A stretch of 19,778 nt of DNA, taken from NCBI GenBank assembly GCA_039630055.1, contig JBCNVN010000027.1, positions 1-19,778 on the forward strand, given 5' to 3'. Below the pieces are notes generated by a model. It was not told the DNA's origin and searched no databases. It worked only from the letters and a program-made list of their open reading frames with translations. The position numbers and the translations under genes were made by a program. Shown in pieces: positions 6,909 through 16,468 of the stretch. This DNA is from Candidatus Caldarchaeales archaeon (GTDB lineage: Archaea > Thermoproteota > Nitrososphaeria_A > Caldarchaeales > Wolframiiraptoraceae). Every line of letters begins with the position of its first letter. Position 1 is the stretch's first letter.

Positions 6909-8156
6909 CTATAACCTCGCTATTCTATCAAAACCTATCTCTTCACCAATTCTAATCAGCTCATTTGCTTTTGCCACCCTCTCTCCACCCATTATACCTG
7001 CTTTGAGAACTTTTCCACCCCACGCAATAGCTAGCTGTACTAGATTTCCCTCTGGAGGCTCACCAGATCTATGAGATACAACTGGCACGATCTTCTCTCT
7101 ATGGGCTATCCTTACAGTCTCCATAGACGTAGTCAATAATCCAACTTGATTAGGTTTAACTATCAAGGCCGATACAGCCTTCTTCCCAATAGCTTCCTTA
7201 AGTATCTCAGGGTTTGTAACTATCAGGTCGTCTCCACAGACCAAAGTTTTTCCTGACAGTATCTTGTTCAATTCTGCGAAGCCATCCATGTCATCTTCTT
7301 CAAGTGGATCTTCAACATAGACGATGTTGAAACGTTCAACCCATTCGACAACTCTATTTATCTGCTCTCTCCTACTGAGCTTTCTATCCTCGGTTGGATA
7401 TATGTAGGTTTTACTTTTAGGATTCCATAGGCTTGAAGCAGCTACATCTACTCCTAAGCCGATCTTGAATCCCAGCTCGTCTGAAACATGTTCTATGGCC
7501 TCCGATAAAATCTCTAATCCTTTGACTGTACTGATAGGAGGTGCATATGCTCCTTCATCTCCTTTTCCTAGTGTAAATCCGCCGAGCACTTTATCTAGAA
7601 GTTTACCAGCATACTCATGAACCATAAAGTTCGCTTTTATCGCTGAATGTATATCTGGTGCTCCGAGAGGGATCGTCAATAGTTCTTGCCAGTCTGGTGC
7701 GCCTCTTCCAGCATGTCTTCCACCTCCTATTACATTCCCCAAGGGTAAAGGTAGGTAGAAATCATCAACTATGTTTAGATACTTGTAGAGAGGTTTTCCT
7801 AGACTATTTGAAGCTGCAAGTGATGTGGCGAGAGAGACTGCGTAGACAGTGTTTCCACCTATCTTTTCCAGATTCCTACTACTATCATACTTCTTCAAGA
7901 TTTCTTCAACGTTCCTTATATCTGAAGCATCAACCCCTTTTAACATATTTGATACCTCATTATTGACTATTCTTACAGCTTCTCTCACACTATCTCCTGG
8001 ATAGTATATTACTTCCTTTCCACCTTTGCTCTTCCCTGCAGGTGCAGCCGCTCTCCCAAGACTCTTATCTACTATGACGTCAACTTCTATCGTTTCCTCA
8101 CCCCGACTATTGTATACGAGACGAGCCTTCACATATCTGATAGTTGTCTCCGGCAT
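6909..8156 (-). CDS. eno: enolase (phosphopyruvate hydratase)
   Basis: NSRG, GDEG, VEDP, GDDL, KPNQVG, SHRSGE and ERVAK motifs present. Confidence 0.95.
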   Translation of the reverse strand: MPETTIRYVKARLVYNSRGEETIEVDVIVDKSLGRAAAPAGKSKGGKEVIYYPGDSVREAVRIVNNEVSNMLKGVDASDIRNVEEILKKYDSSRNLEKIGGNTVYAVSLATSLAASNSLGKPLYKYLNIVDDFYLPLPLGNVIGGGRHAGRGAPDWQELLTIPLGAPDIHSAIKANFMVHEYAGKLLDKVLGGFTLGKGDEGAYAPPISTVKGLEILSEAIEHVSDELGFKIGLGVDVAASSLWNPKSKTYIYPTEDRKLSRREQINRVVEWVERFNIVYVEDPLEEDDMDGFAELNKILSGKTLVCGDDLIVTNPEILKEAIGKKAVSALIVKPNQVGLLTTSMETVRIAHREKIVPVVSHRSGEPPEGNLVQLAIAWGGKVLKAGIMGGERVAKANELIRIGEEIGFDRIARL

Positions 8157-8423
8157 CTCGAAATTACTTTTACTGATGAATTAAAATACTTAACGATCTA
8201 TGCTCTGAATGCTAGAAATATACTAAAATTCTTATCGAGATCTCTTAAATATTCTTAAATATACAGAGGTTCTCTGATTGGAGGATCATCTCTCCTAGAA
8301 TTCATGGGGCCATCTATGGGATGGTTAAAATTTTAGAAATTATGCTGTTAAGGTATTATTTTTTGAAGAGGTCGAGAAAGATCTAGAATCTTGAAAATTG
8401 ATAGGGTTAGTAATCTGGTTAAG

Positions 8424-8431
8424 TTTATAAG
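8424..8431 (+). promoter_or_regulatory. TATA box of dppD (probably leaderless)
   Basis: TTTATAAG ends 23 nt before ATG 8455. No SD. Confidence 0.5.
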
Positions 8432-8454
8432 AATGGTAAAAAGAGAAGCAATAG

Positions 8455-9420
8455 ATGGTAAATAATATACTAGAGATACAGAAATTATCAGTCATATATC
8501 CTACCCTAAACGGTCCAATCAAAGCAGTAGATAGTGTTAATCTAGCTGTAAGAGAAGGCGAGGTGTTAGGACTAGTTGGAGAGTCAGGATCGGGAAAATC
8601 CACTCTTGGTCTAGCCATTCTTAAGCTTGTCCCACCGCCTGGGAAGATCGTGAGTGGATCAGTAATATATGATGGCGTCGATATCCTTTCATTAAGCGAT
8701 GAACTTCTTCAGCGGATAAGAGGTAAAGAAATCTCTATGGTTTTCCAAGACCCATCTTCATCACTTAATCCTCTCATGAGAATCAAAGATCATTTCATAG
8801 AATTGTTTAAAAATCATGAGCCAACGATTTCAAAGAAAGAGATAGAAGAGAGGAGTATAAAAATTCTTGAAAGGTTAGGGATTCCATCAGAACGTTTTGA
8901 TAGTTATCCTCATGAGTTGAGTGGTGGAATGCGACAACGCGTGTATATTGGGTTAGCCATAGCACTTAATCCAAAAGTATTGATAGCTGATGAGCCGACG
9001 ACGGCTTTAGATGTATTAATAGAAGCTCAAATATTGAAGTTGTTAAACAAGCTCAAACATGAAATGAATTTAACTATGATCTTGATCACTCACAACATGG
9101 GCTTGGTAGCTGAGAATGCTGACAGGGTCGCTGTAATGTATGCTGGAAAGATAATTGAAGTCGGTTCTAAAGAGGAGGTCTTCTCTAAGCCATTACACCC
9201 ATATACTGAAGGATTGATAAGATCTGCTCCAAATTTTATGAAGAGGTATAGAAGCATATCTTCTATACCTGGAGAGCCACCTGACCTAGCTAGTTTACCT
9301 CAGGGATGCGTCTTCAATCCTAGATGCCCATATAGATTTGAGAAGTGCTTTAAAGTACATCCACCCCTAATCGAGGTCGGGGATAGAGTCGTAGCATGCT
9401 ACTTGTATGGGGATGTTTAA
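8455..9420 (+). CDS. dppD: oligo/dipeptide ABC transporter ATP-binding protein
   Basis: GESGSGKS, LSGGMRQR, IADEPTTALD, ITHN, HPYT and the C-terminal Cys cluster (GCVFNPRC..C..VAC). Confidence 0.93.
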   Translation: MVNNILEIQKLSVIYPTLNGPIKAVDSVNLAVREGEVLGLVGESGSGKSTLGLAILKLVPPPGKIVSGSVIYDGVDILSLSDELLQRIRGKEISMVFQDPSSSLNPLMRIKDHFIELFKNHEPTISKKEIEERSIKILERLGIPSERFDSYPHELSGGMRQRVYIGLAIALNPKVLIADEPTTALDVLIEAQILKLLNKLKHEMNLTMILITHNMGLVAENADRVAVMYAGKIIEVGSKEEVFSKPLHPYTEGLIRSAPNFMKRYRSISSIPGEPPDLASLPQGCVFNPRCPYRFEKCFKVHPPLIEVGDRVVACYLYGDV

Positions 9421-9969
9421 TTGGAGAAGATATTAGCCGTTGAACATGTCAAGAAATATTTTCCTGTTGAGAAAAGTTTTATCGAACGTATCTTCTCTAA
9501 GAATAAACTATACGTTAGAGCAGTTGATGATGTTAGTTTCGATCTGATGTATGGTGAAGTCCTCGGTCTTGTAGGTGAGAGTGGAAGTGGGAAGACGACG
9601 ACCGGCTTAATGATCGTAGGCTTATTAAAACCTACTGCGGGAAGAATCATTTTTAGAGGAATCGATATATCAAATCTAGATTCTAAAGAATTAAAGCAGA
9701 TTAGAAGGAAGATTCAAATGATCTTTCAAGATCCAATGTCTTCTCTAGATCCAAGAATGAAGATCGGGGAGGCTGTTGAAGAGCCATTAAAGATTCATGG
9801 AGTAGGTTCATCGAAAGAGAGAAGAGAACTAGTTGTAGAGGTTTTGCAGAAGGTTGGACTGGGTCCAGCGCTTCTAGATAGATTCCCACATGAATTAAGT
9901 GGTGGTCAGAGGCAGAGGGCGGTCATAGCCACTTGGCTTCTTCTCTCCTATCATGTAGATACATCGTAA
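9421..9969 (+). pseudogene. dppF: truncated oligopeptide ABC ATPase; homology ends at about 9931
   Basis: Walker A GESGSGKT and LSGGQRQRAVIA are present. The frame then reads the antisense of DUF1028. Walker B, H-loop and the C-terminal domain are missing. Confidence 0.85.
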
Positions 9970-10723
9970 GGGCTTGCCAAAACTTTAATTCTATCTTTTC
10001 TGGAGCGAGGATTGCAGCTTTCTGATATTCTTTTAAAGCTTCCTCAATCTTTCCCTCCGATACCAGACTGTCACCTATGTTTGCATGTTCATAGGCTTTA
10101 TGAAGAGTGACAAGCCTTCTAAGCTCTTTTAATGGTTCTGGATGATCTTCAACTCGAAGATCAATAACTTTATCCTCCCAGTAAGATCCAGAAGAGGTAG
10201 TTTTAACAACGATTATACATGCAGACTGTCTTCCCCTAACATCTCCTCCAGCCGCCTCCGCGGCTTCAAGAGCTATCAGAAGCCTTTCATATAATGGTCC
10301 TCTACTTTTTTCGTATGCATCGGCCATCTCTACCCACACCCTACTATTTCTCATCAGATTAGCTTGAACACTGTATCCATCTCCAATTATGTGGCCCGCC
10401 TCAGGTATACATTTACTACCTGTATGAGTAGATATTCGCCCATTCTTATCAAGCATTGCTACTTGTCTTACTTCAGGTGTCTGATCGATATTTAGAAGGG
10501 CTTTAAGCGTATTCTCGGCGGTCAACCCATTACGCATCAATGCTAATCCTAGGGGACCATAACTTACTTCGACTACTGACTGTGTTGCTACTACACCTAC
10601 CCCTGGCTCTGCCCATGCAACTATCGAGCCTACTGAAAACCAGTGAGATTGTACGGCTACACCCATCTCTCCAGCTTCTCTATCTATAGCTACAATAGAA
10701 TAGGTAGATGCAAGCTTTAACAT
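9923..10723 (-). CDS. DUF1028 family (Ntn-hydrolase-like) protein with TPR-like C-terminus, probably 3'-truncated
   Basis: TYSIVA, GVAVQS, ATQS, GGDVRGRQSA, DLRVEDHPEPLKELRRL. The TPR-like segment ends abruptly at REEAKWL*. Confidence 0.85.
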   Translation of the reverse strand: MLKLASTYSIVAIDREAGEMGVAVQSHWFSVGSIVAWAEPGVGVVATQSVVEVSYGPLGLALMRNGLTAENTLKALLNIDQTPEVRQVAMLDKNGRISTHTGSKCIPEAGHIIGDGYSVQANLMRNSRVWVEMADAYEKSRGPLYERLLIALEAAEAAGGDVRGRQSACIIVVKTTSSGSYWEDKVIDLRVEDHPEPLKELRRLVTLHKAYEHANIGDSLVSEGKIEEALKEYQKAAILAPEKIELKFWQALTMYLHDRREEAKWL

Positions 10724-10795
10724 GATCTAAAAATATAGAAGATCATCTAATATACTTTGTGAATTGATGTGGGGATATCCAGTGTAATATTCTAG

Positions 10796-11017
10796 TTACT
10801 CTGTTACTTCTTTGTGCCCATATAATGTGTGAAGTTTTACTATCTCATCATATACTTCATAGTGTGTGAGGAGCATCCTTCTACAGCAGTATCTTTTTAC
10901 ACCTAGAGAGTCCAAGACCTTTCCAGGATCTTCTCCAGCTTCTACTCTACTCTGATATTCTTCCCATTTATCAGCTATCAATGTACCACATGTAAAACAT
11001 CTTATAGGTATCAGCAT
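10796..11017 (-). CDS. rpoN: DNA-directed RNA polymerase subunit N (Rpo10)
   Basis: [11 protein letters not shown]...[11 protein letters not shown]. Confidence 0.97.
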   Translation of the reverse strand: MLIPIRCFTCGTLIADKWEEYQSRVEAGEDPGKVLDSLGVKRYCCRRMLLTHYEVYDEIVKLHTLYGHKEVTE

Positions 11018-11042
11018 ACCGGTGTTTATCCACGAGACCCCG

Positions 11043-11050
11043 TATATAAA
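11043..11050 (-). promoter_or_regulatory. TATA box of rpoN (leaderless or very short leader)
   Basis: Minus-strand TTTATATA lies 25 nt before ATG 11017. Confidence 0.6.
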
Positions 11051-11272
11051 TTTGCTGTTATGACATATTGAGAAAATTTCTTAAAAATTTTCAATATCTT
11101 TAGAATCTTAATCTCTTGAAGGAATAAAAAGTTAGGAGATTATTGATACTATAATAGATTAATTTTTTATAATGTGGTTAAGTATAATATAATGTTTAAT
11201 TAGCTCGGTCGCTACAAAGCATCTATGAACTGTTAGAGACATTTCTGTAAATTATCCTTAAATGATAATTTG

Positions 11273-11983
11273 TTAACCTATGCCTAGATAAAATTTTTTC
11301 AGCATATCGGTCTTAAGCAACTCTAAGCCTTCGCCGGACATCACTATCTTACCGTTCTCCATAACGTAAGCCCGATCAGCTATGCTTAGAACTTTATCTA
11401 CGTACTGGTCTACGATCAATAGAGTTGTTCCTCTGTTCTTCAGCTCTGTAAGTTTTTCAAAGATCAATTCAACCATCTTAGGCGATAATCCTAGACTTGG
11501 CTCATCTATGATCAAGATTTTTGGATAAGATATGAGGGCTCTAGCGATAGCCAGCATCTGTGCCTCACCGCCACTTAGACTCTTTGCTGTTTGATTAAGC
11601 CTCTCTTTTAATACTGGAAAGATATTAAAGACGAACTCCATCTGTTCATTTATAATATGCTCCTCCTTTAAAAAGTAGGCACCCATAGTTAAGTTCTCCT
11701 TTACTGTTAGATTTGGGAATAATCTTCGACCTTCAGGCACCAATGAGATTCCTAACTTTTTAATCATGTGAGGTTTTAGATGTGTTAAGTTAATGCCATC
11801 GAGCTCTATGCTTCCAGAGTAAGGTTTGAGGAAACCAGTGATGACTTTTAACAAAGTGCTCTTTCCAGCTCCATTAGGTCCAACTAATGCTGTAAGCTTC
11901 CCCGGTTTAACCTCTAAGCTTACATTCCACAATACTTGGATTCTTCCATATCCTGCTGAGACATTCTTTATAGCTAGCTCCAT
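11273..11983 (-). CDS. livF: branched-chain amino acid-type ABC transporter ATPase
   Basis: GPNGAGKS, VPEGRRLF, LSGGEAQMLA, DEPSLGLSP. Start probably MELAIK at 11983 (GGAG upstream); the alternative is 12001. Confidence 0.9.
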   Translation of the reverse strand: MELAIKNVSAGYGRIQVLWNVSLEVKPGKLTALVGPNGAGKSTLLKVITGFLKPYSGSIELDGINLTHLKPHMIKKLGISLVPEGRRLFPNLTVKENLTMGAYFLKEEHIINEQMEFVFNIFPVLKERLNQTAKSLSGGEAQMLAIARALISYPKILIIDEPSLGLSPKMVELIFEKLTELKNRGTTLLIVDQYVDKVLSIADRAYVMENGKIVMSGEGLELLKTDMLKKFYLGIG

Positions 11984-12714
11984 TCTTTCATCTCCATCCA
12001 TTTCGTACCTAAGTAGGCTTCTATAACACGTGGATCCTTACTGATTAATTCTGGGGAGCCTTCAGCTATTTTTTCACCATAATGGAGTACGATAATCTTC
12101 TCTGAGAGCCCCATGACAAACTTCATAACATGTTCTACTACAAGGAGCGTCAACCCCATCTTCTCTTTGATCTCTTTAAGCTTCTTTACCATTTTATCGA
12201 CCTCAGTGGGAGTAAGACCTGCTGCTATCTCATCTATTAAAAGAATCTTAGGGCGTGTTGCAATGCTTCGAGCCAGTTCTACTAATTTTAGCTGAGGGAT
12301 ATTCAGTTCTTTAGATGGTCTATCTTTTAGATCAGTTATGCCTACAAGCTTCAATGCTTCAAGTGCAGTATCATATGCTTCAGAGACTTCTCTACTCTTA
12401 AGATAAGACCCCACAACTACTGTCTCCCATACTGTTAGAGATGGAAACGGTTTTACTATCTGGAAACATCTTGAAACCCCTAAGCTAGCTATTTTATGTG
12501 GTCTCCAACTGTTTACATTCCGTCCAAATATCCAGACCGTTCCCTTATCAGGTCTTAGGAAACCTGTTATAATATTGAAGAGAGTTGTCTTTCCAGCTCC
12601 ATTAGGACCTATTATTCCAACAGTTTCACCTTCATCTACACTTAGGTTGATTGAGTTTAGAGCAACTAAAGCCCCAAACTTCTTTGTAATATCTCGAACC
12701 TCTAGCGCCTTCAT
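11974..12714 (-). CDS. livG: branched-chain amino acid-type ABC transporter ATPase
   Basis: True start MKALEV at 12714 (ATGA overlap with livM stop). GPNGAGKT, DEIAAGL, VVEH, DPRVIEAYLG. Confidence 0.92.
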   Translation of the reverse strand: MKALEVRDITKKFGALVALNSINLSVDEGETVGIIGPNGAGKTTLFNIITGFLRPDKGTVWIFGRNVNSWRPHKIASLGVSRCFQIVKPFPSLTVWETVVVGSYLKSREVSEAYDTALEALKLVGITDLKDRPSKELNIPQLKLVELARSIATRPKILLIDEIAAGLTPTEVDKMVKKLKEIKEKMGLTLLVVEHVMKFVMGLSEKIIVLHYGEKIAEGSPELISKDPRVIEAYLGTKWMEMKEWS

Positions 12715-13667
12715 CTCTTTCTCACCTTCTCTATTAAAGATTCTAAGTAGGGCCCGATCCCAGCCGGCTTGAAGAGTATGGCGATGATCAGTATAGCTCC
12801 AAATATTACTTGGTGGAGACCTGGTATGGTTCCTCCTAAGCTGATTCTGAGATACTCTGCAATCGAGAGTAGAATCACAGAGGTGAGAGGCGGACCCCAA
12901 AAGTGTCCAAGACCTCCAACTATCGCTATTGTAGCTGTCTGTATCCCAATCCATCCATCGAATAAGATTGGATGATAGAATCCTACCATGCTTGCGTAGA
13001 CCCCGCCTGTTACTGCTGTGATGAAACTATATGTTAGTAGGGCGAATAGTTTATACCTCCTCGTATCGATACCCAGCATCTCGGCCGCTTCTTCTTCATC
13101 TCTTATACTGACTAGGTAGAGACCGAGTTTTCCCTTCTTCACACGATGTGCAAGATAGAATGCGATAAGTAGTAGTCCAAGGGTTATGTAGTAGTAGAAC
13201 CACTTAGCTCTAGCCCTCATATATAGTGGATCAAATTCTCTGAAAGGAATATACCTCTCGAGAGGGCCTGCAACATCTGTCCAGAGAAGGAAGATCTTTT
13301 GTAAGATTAATACGAGACCGAGTGAAGCTAATGCATACCAGACTTCCTTAAGTCCAAATCTAAAGCTTGGAAACCCTACTATAAAAGCGACCCCCATCGC
13401 GGCCAATCCACCTAAGACTAGCCCAAACCATCCAGAAACATTATGGTATATCATTAAATATCCAGTTATGACAGCTCCTAGTCCATGGTATGCTCCTGCA
13501 CCTAGATCAAGCTGTCCAGCTAACCCGCCGATGAAGTACCATGCCATAACTATCACTGTATACAGTAGGATTAACGTAGTCAAGAAGATGTAGTAATCAT
13601 TTAGACCGAGAATAAGTGGAAGGAAGAGTAGAAAAACTCCAAAGCTTGCGAGTTGCCAGAACCGCAT
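12711..13667 (-). CDS. livM: branched-chain amino acid-type ABC transporter permease
   Basis: Multiple TM segments. GQLDLG, SIRDEEEAAEMLGID, IVGGLG, KPAGI. Confidence 0.9.
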   Translation of the reverse strand: MRFWQLASFGVFLLFLPLILGLNDYYIFLTTLILLYTVIVMAWYFIGGLAGQLDLGAGAYHGLGAVITGYLMIYHNVSGWFGLVLGGLAAMGVAFIVGFPSFRFGLKEVWYALASLGLVLILQKIFLLWTDVAGPLERYIPFREFDPLYMRARAKWFYYYITLGLLLIAFYLAHRVKKGKLGLYLVSIRDEEEAAEMLGIDTRRYKLFALLTYSFITAVTGGVYASMVGFYHPILFDGWIGIQTATIAIVGGLGHFWGPPLTSVILLSIAEYLRISLGGTIPGLHQVIFGAILIIAILFKPAGIGPYLESLIEKVRKR

Positions 13668-13671
13668 AGAG

Positions 13672-14553
13672 CTACCTCCTACCCCATAATCCTCTCGGTT
13701 TTAACCAAAGAATAAGTATGAATAGACCGTAAAGGATTATCTCTCTTCCTCTCGGATCCCACAGTCCGCTGGCTAGAGCATCAGCTAATCCAAAAATTAC
13801 AGCAGCTATATAAATCCCTCTAATACTTCCCAATCCTGCAAGCGCTACTATCGCCCAAGAAAGTAATCCGAATAATAGTCCAGAAGTAGGGGTAACTGCT
13901 TGATACATCATTATAAGTGATCCTGAAAGCCCGACAAGCATCATGCTTATTCCAAGAGTTAATAAGAAAAGTCTCCCAGTATCAATCCCCATCATCGATA
14001 CTGCATCGACATCATCTGCTGCAGCTCTCATCGCGGTTCCAAACTTACTTCTCTCTAAGAAGAGGTATAGTAAGATGAGGGAGGTGACGCTTATTATAGT
14101 CGCGAAAAGCTTATCGATTGGGATTATTATCGGGCCAATCTTATAAGATGCTGAGAATATAGTGAATGGTGGAGCTTTAGGTTCTGCTTGCCAGATCACT
14201 AATGCAATATTCCTCAATAAGACTAGGACGCCGACTGTTACAGCTATCTGAGATAAAGGTGGAGCGTTTATAACTCTTTTGAAGAAAAGAAGATATGTAA
14301 CTAGACCTATCACAAAGAAGAGTGGAATATTGATTATTGAGCTCACTACTGGATCTATTACTAGTGTTACGCTAAAGAAGTAGGCCATATACATAGCTAG
14401 CATAACGTATTCTCCATGAGCAAAATTTATGAGGTTTGCAACACCGAAGAGCAGCGCCAATCCCATAGCTGCTAAAGCATATACGCTACCCATCATAATC
14501 CCTAAGACTATATTTCTCACTAAACTTATAGCGAAGTCGATTAACAGATCCAT
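13672..14553 (-). CDS. livH: branched-chain amino acid-type ABC transporter permease
   Basis: YALAAMGLALLFGVANLINFAHGE, GTAMRAAADD, KPRGLWG. Confidence 0.92.
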   Translation of the reverse strand: MDLLIDFAISLVRNIVLGIMMGSVYALAAMGLALLFGVANLINFAHGEYVMLAMYMAYFFSVTLVIDPVVSSIINIPLFFVIGLVTYLLFFKRVINAPPLSQIAVTVGVLVLLRNIALVIWQAEPKAPPFTIFSASYKIGPIIIPIDKLFATIISVTSLILLYLFLERSKFGTAMRAAADDVDAVSMMGIDTGRLFLLTLGISMMLVGLSGSLIMMYQAVTPTSGLLFGLLSWAIVALAGLGSIRGIYIAAVIFGLADALASGLWDPRGREIILYGLFILILWLKPRGLWGRR

Positions 14554-14589
14554 GTTACAATCACTGTATTTTTCTAATCAAGTGTTAAT

Positions 14590-15870
14590 CTATGGCCTCG
14601 GGTAGATTACAGAGGCTTGAGCTTTTTCAAATGGGTAGACTAGAACTGGTTTACCACCCTGCACTTGTAGCACAACTGCACCTGCATACATATTATCTCC
14701 ATTAGGCAGTAGCTTTATTCTACCTGTGGGATAAGTCTCTGCAGCTGGTCCACTCTTTAAGTCTAACTCCATCAAACAAGACATGAGGTTATCACCACTA
14801 AGTGGATCTTGTGGATACTTCTGCCCAGATAATTCTAGAGCCTCCTTCAAAGTCCAGAGTGTATAGAAGATTATACCAGCAGCCTCTGTCGGTAACTTAC
14901 CATATCTTTTCTTGAAATCTTCGACAAGCTTCTTATTGTATTCTGTAGGTAAGAAGGGGTCATAACTATATGTATTTGTCATAATCTCTACAGCATCTCC
15001 CGCCGCCTTTATAGAGTCAGGGTCTGCAAGCCCTGTCCCTCCTGCAGCAGCTATAAACTTAACTTTTAAGCCTAGAGTCTTGACGGCTTTAGCGAATAAG
15101 ACGGAGTCGGCAAAGTATGGAACAACGAAGACTACATCGGGGTCTGCTGCTCTTATCCTCTCAATGATGGGAGCCATATCTGTTATATCTGTTGGATATT
15201 TTATTCTATCAACAAGCTTAATGCCGAGGTCTCTGAGTCTTTGATATATGCCGTCTCCAGTTACTTCGCCGAACAATCCATCAAAGTGGACGAGGACTGG
15301 TCTTGTAAGCTTCTCACCTTTTTGTTTCATCAAGCTTACTACAAAATCTACTGCAGTTGCACCGTGAACTGAAGCTTTGGGAGGCAATCTTACTATATAC
15401 TTGAAACCGCGGGCAGTTAGGTAATCGACTAAAGCATCTGCCATCACGATGACTTTGTTCGGCTCAGTAACATCCAACATCGTGAGAGTATGAGCGCTTA
15501 TGAACGCACCTATTATTACGTTAACTCTATCAACGCTTACTAACTTCTCCGCCGCTAACCTTGCACCATCAGCTGTACTCTTGCTATCCTCAACTATTAG
15601 TCTAATCTTAGCTCCGCCTAAATTCTTTATACCACCTTGAGCATTAATCTGTTCCACTATCATCTCAGCCGCCATCTTTGCTTCATTACCGAAAACTGCG
15701 TAAGCACCAGTAAGCGGCTCGACTAAACCTACTTTAACTTCTTCAACCTTAACTGTAGGTTTAGCAAATTGAAGAGAAATAATCGCTACACCACCGATAG
15801 CCACGCCAATAACGATTACCACAGCAAGTATTATTGCCTGTAATTTTGTTAATGCATTAAATCTTTTCAT
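14590..15870 (-). CDS. livK: ABC transporter substrate-binding protein (LivK/LivJ-like)
   Basis: N-terminal hydrophobic anchor. VKVGLVEPLTGAYAVFG, INAQGGI. First gene of the liv operon. Substrate not determinable from sequence. Confidence 0.88.
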   Translation of the reverse strand: MKRFNALTKLQAIILAVVIVIGVAIGGVAIISLQFAKPTVKVEEVKVGLVEPLTGAYAVFGNEAKMAAEMIVEQINAQGGIKNLGGAKIRLIVEDSKSTADGARLAAEKLVSVDRVNVIIGAFISAHTLTMLDVTEPNKVIVMADALVDYLTARGFKYIVRLPPKASVHGATAVDFVVSLMKQKGEKLTRPVLVHFDGLFGEVTGDGIYQRLRDLGIKLVDRIKYPTDITDMAPIIERIRAADPDVVFVVPYFADSVLFAKAVKTLGLKVKFIAAAGGTGLADPDSIKAAGDAVEIMTNTYSYDPFLPTEYNKKLVEDFKKRYGKLPTEAAGIIFYTLWTLKEALELSGQKYPQDPLSGDNLMSCLMELDLKSGPAAETYPTGRIKLLPNGDNMYAGAVVLQVQGGKPVLVYPFEKAQASVIYPRP

Positions 15871-15891
15871 GCACGTAACTTTTTACATCTT

Positions 15892-15913
15892 TTATTTAAG
15901 TCTTCCAGAAGAC
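15892..15913 (-). promoter_or_regulatory. livK TATA box with an adjacent palindrome (candidate operator)
   Basis: Minus-strand TTAAATAA a little over 20 nt before ATG 15870, directly preceded by GTCTTC-CA-GAAGAC (15900-15913). Confidence 0.45.
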
Positions 15914-16027
15914 ATCCTTTTACCCCCTCCTCGATAATCAAGCATCTTTAATTCCTAGGATTTAAAAGTTGTTTAAGGAAAAATTAATTAAGAGATATTA
16001 CAATGTTATACTTGGTGGTCTACTTTT

Positions 16028-16468
16028 GTGTCATTATTATTCGAGGAAAAACCACCTCCAACACCTTGGAGAACCTACCTGGTCCCCATAAACATCCTTA
16101 AACTTCATGAAGAGATATCTGAAGAACATGCCCTAAGATTGTTTGAAGAGATTGTCAGAGATGGATACTTGAAGAGACCATTACTAGTAGAGAATAGATA
16201 CTATATCATTCTAGATGGACATCATAGATATGCTGTATTAGAGAAGCTGGGAGCAAAGCTTACCCCAATATTCTTAGTTGACTATGCTTCTTCAATGATC
16301 GAGGTTTATTCTTGGAGGAGTGATTGGAATATAACGAAAGAGATGGTTATAGAGGCTGGTATAAGTGGAAGAAGACTTCCATTCAAGACTAGTAGACATG
16401 TACTTAAGGGAGTAGATATTCCAGATATCAACATCTCTATATCGAGATTGGTGAGAGAGCATCTATGA
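16028..16468 (+). CDS. serK: ParB/Srx-fold protein, minimal SerK-like free-serine kinase
   Basis: GTG start after SD GGTGGT. KLHEE, ILDGHHR, VDY, VYSW, TKEMV and PFKTSRHVL parallel my recollection of Thermococcus SerK (KPHEQ, VDGHHR, LDY, VYTW, TKEEV, SPKTTRHVL). ATGA overlap with cysO. Confidence 0.72.
   Translation: MSLLFEEKPPPTPWRTYLVPINILKLHEEISEEHALRLFEEIVRDGYLKRPLLVENRYYIILDGHHRYAVLEKLGAKLTPIFLVDYASSMIEVYSWRSDWNITKEMVIEAGISGRRLPFKTSRHVLKGVDIPDINISISRLVREHL

Noticed and set aside
8243-8324. Tandem TCTTAAATAT x2 and several 4-6 bp hairpins in the eno-dppD spacer as an ncRNA or CRISPR remnant
   Set aside because: Too short and AT-rich. No repeat-spacer periodicity and no C/D or H/ACA boxes recognised.
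9923-9969. Programmed frameshift restoring dppF
   Set aside because: The downstream sequence is occupied by DUF1028 on the opposite strand, I saw no Walker B continuation on the + strand, and there is no slippery site.
12715-12954. 80-aa N-terminal extension of LivG in the ORF track
   Set aside because: It overlaps livM in another frame. The ATGA-coupled start at 12714 gives a normal-length LivG.
16028-16468. Chromosome-partitioning ParB or Dnd/defence nuclease
   Set aside because: No HTH or dimerisation domain, no parA or defence genes nearby. The SerK-type VYSW and KTSRH motifs and coupling to cysO fit a metabolic kinase better.
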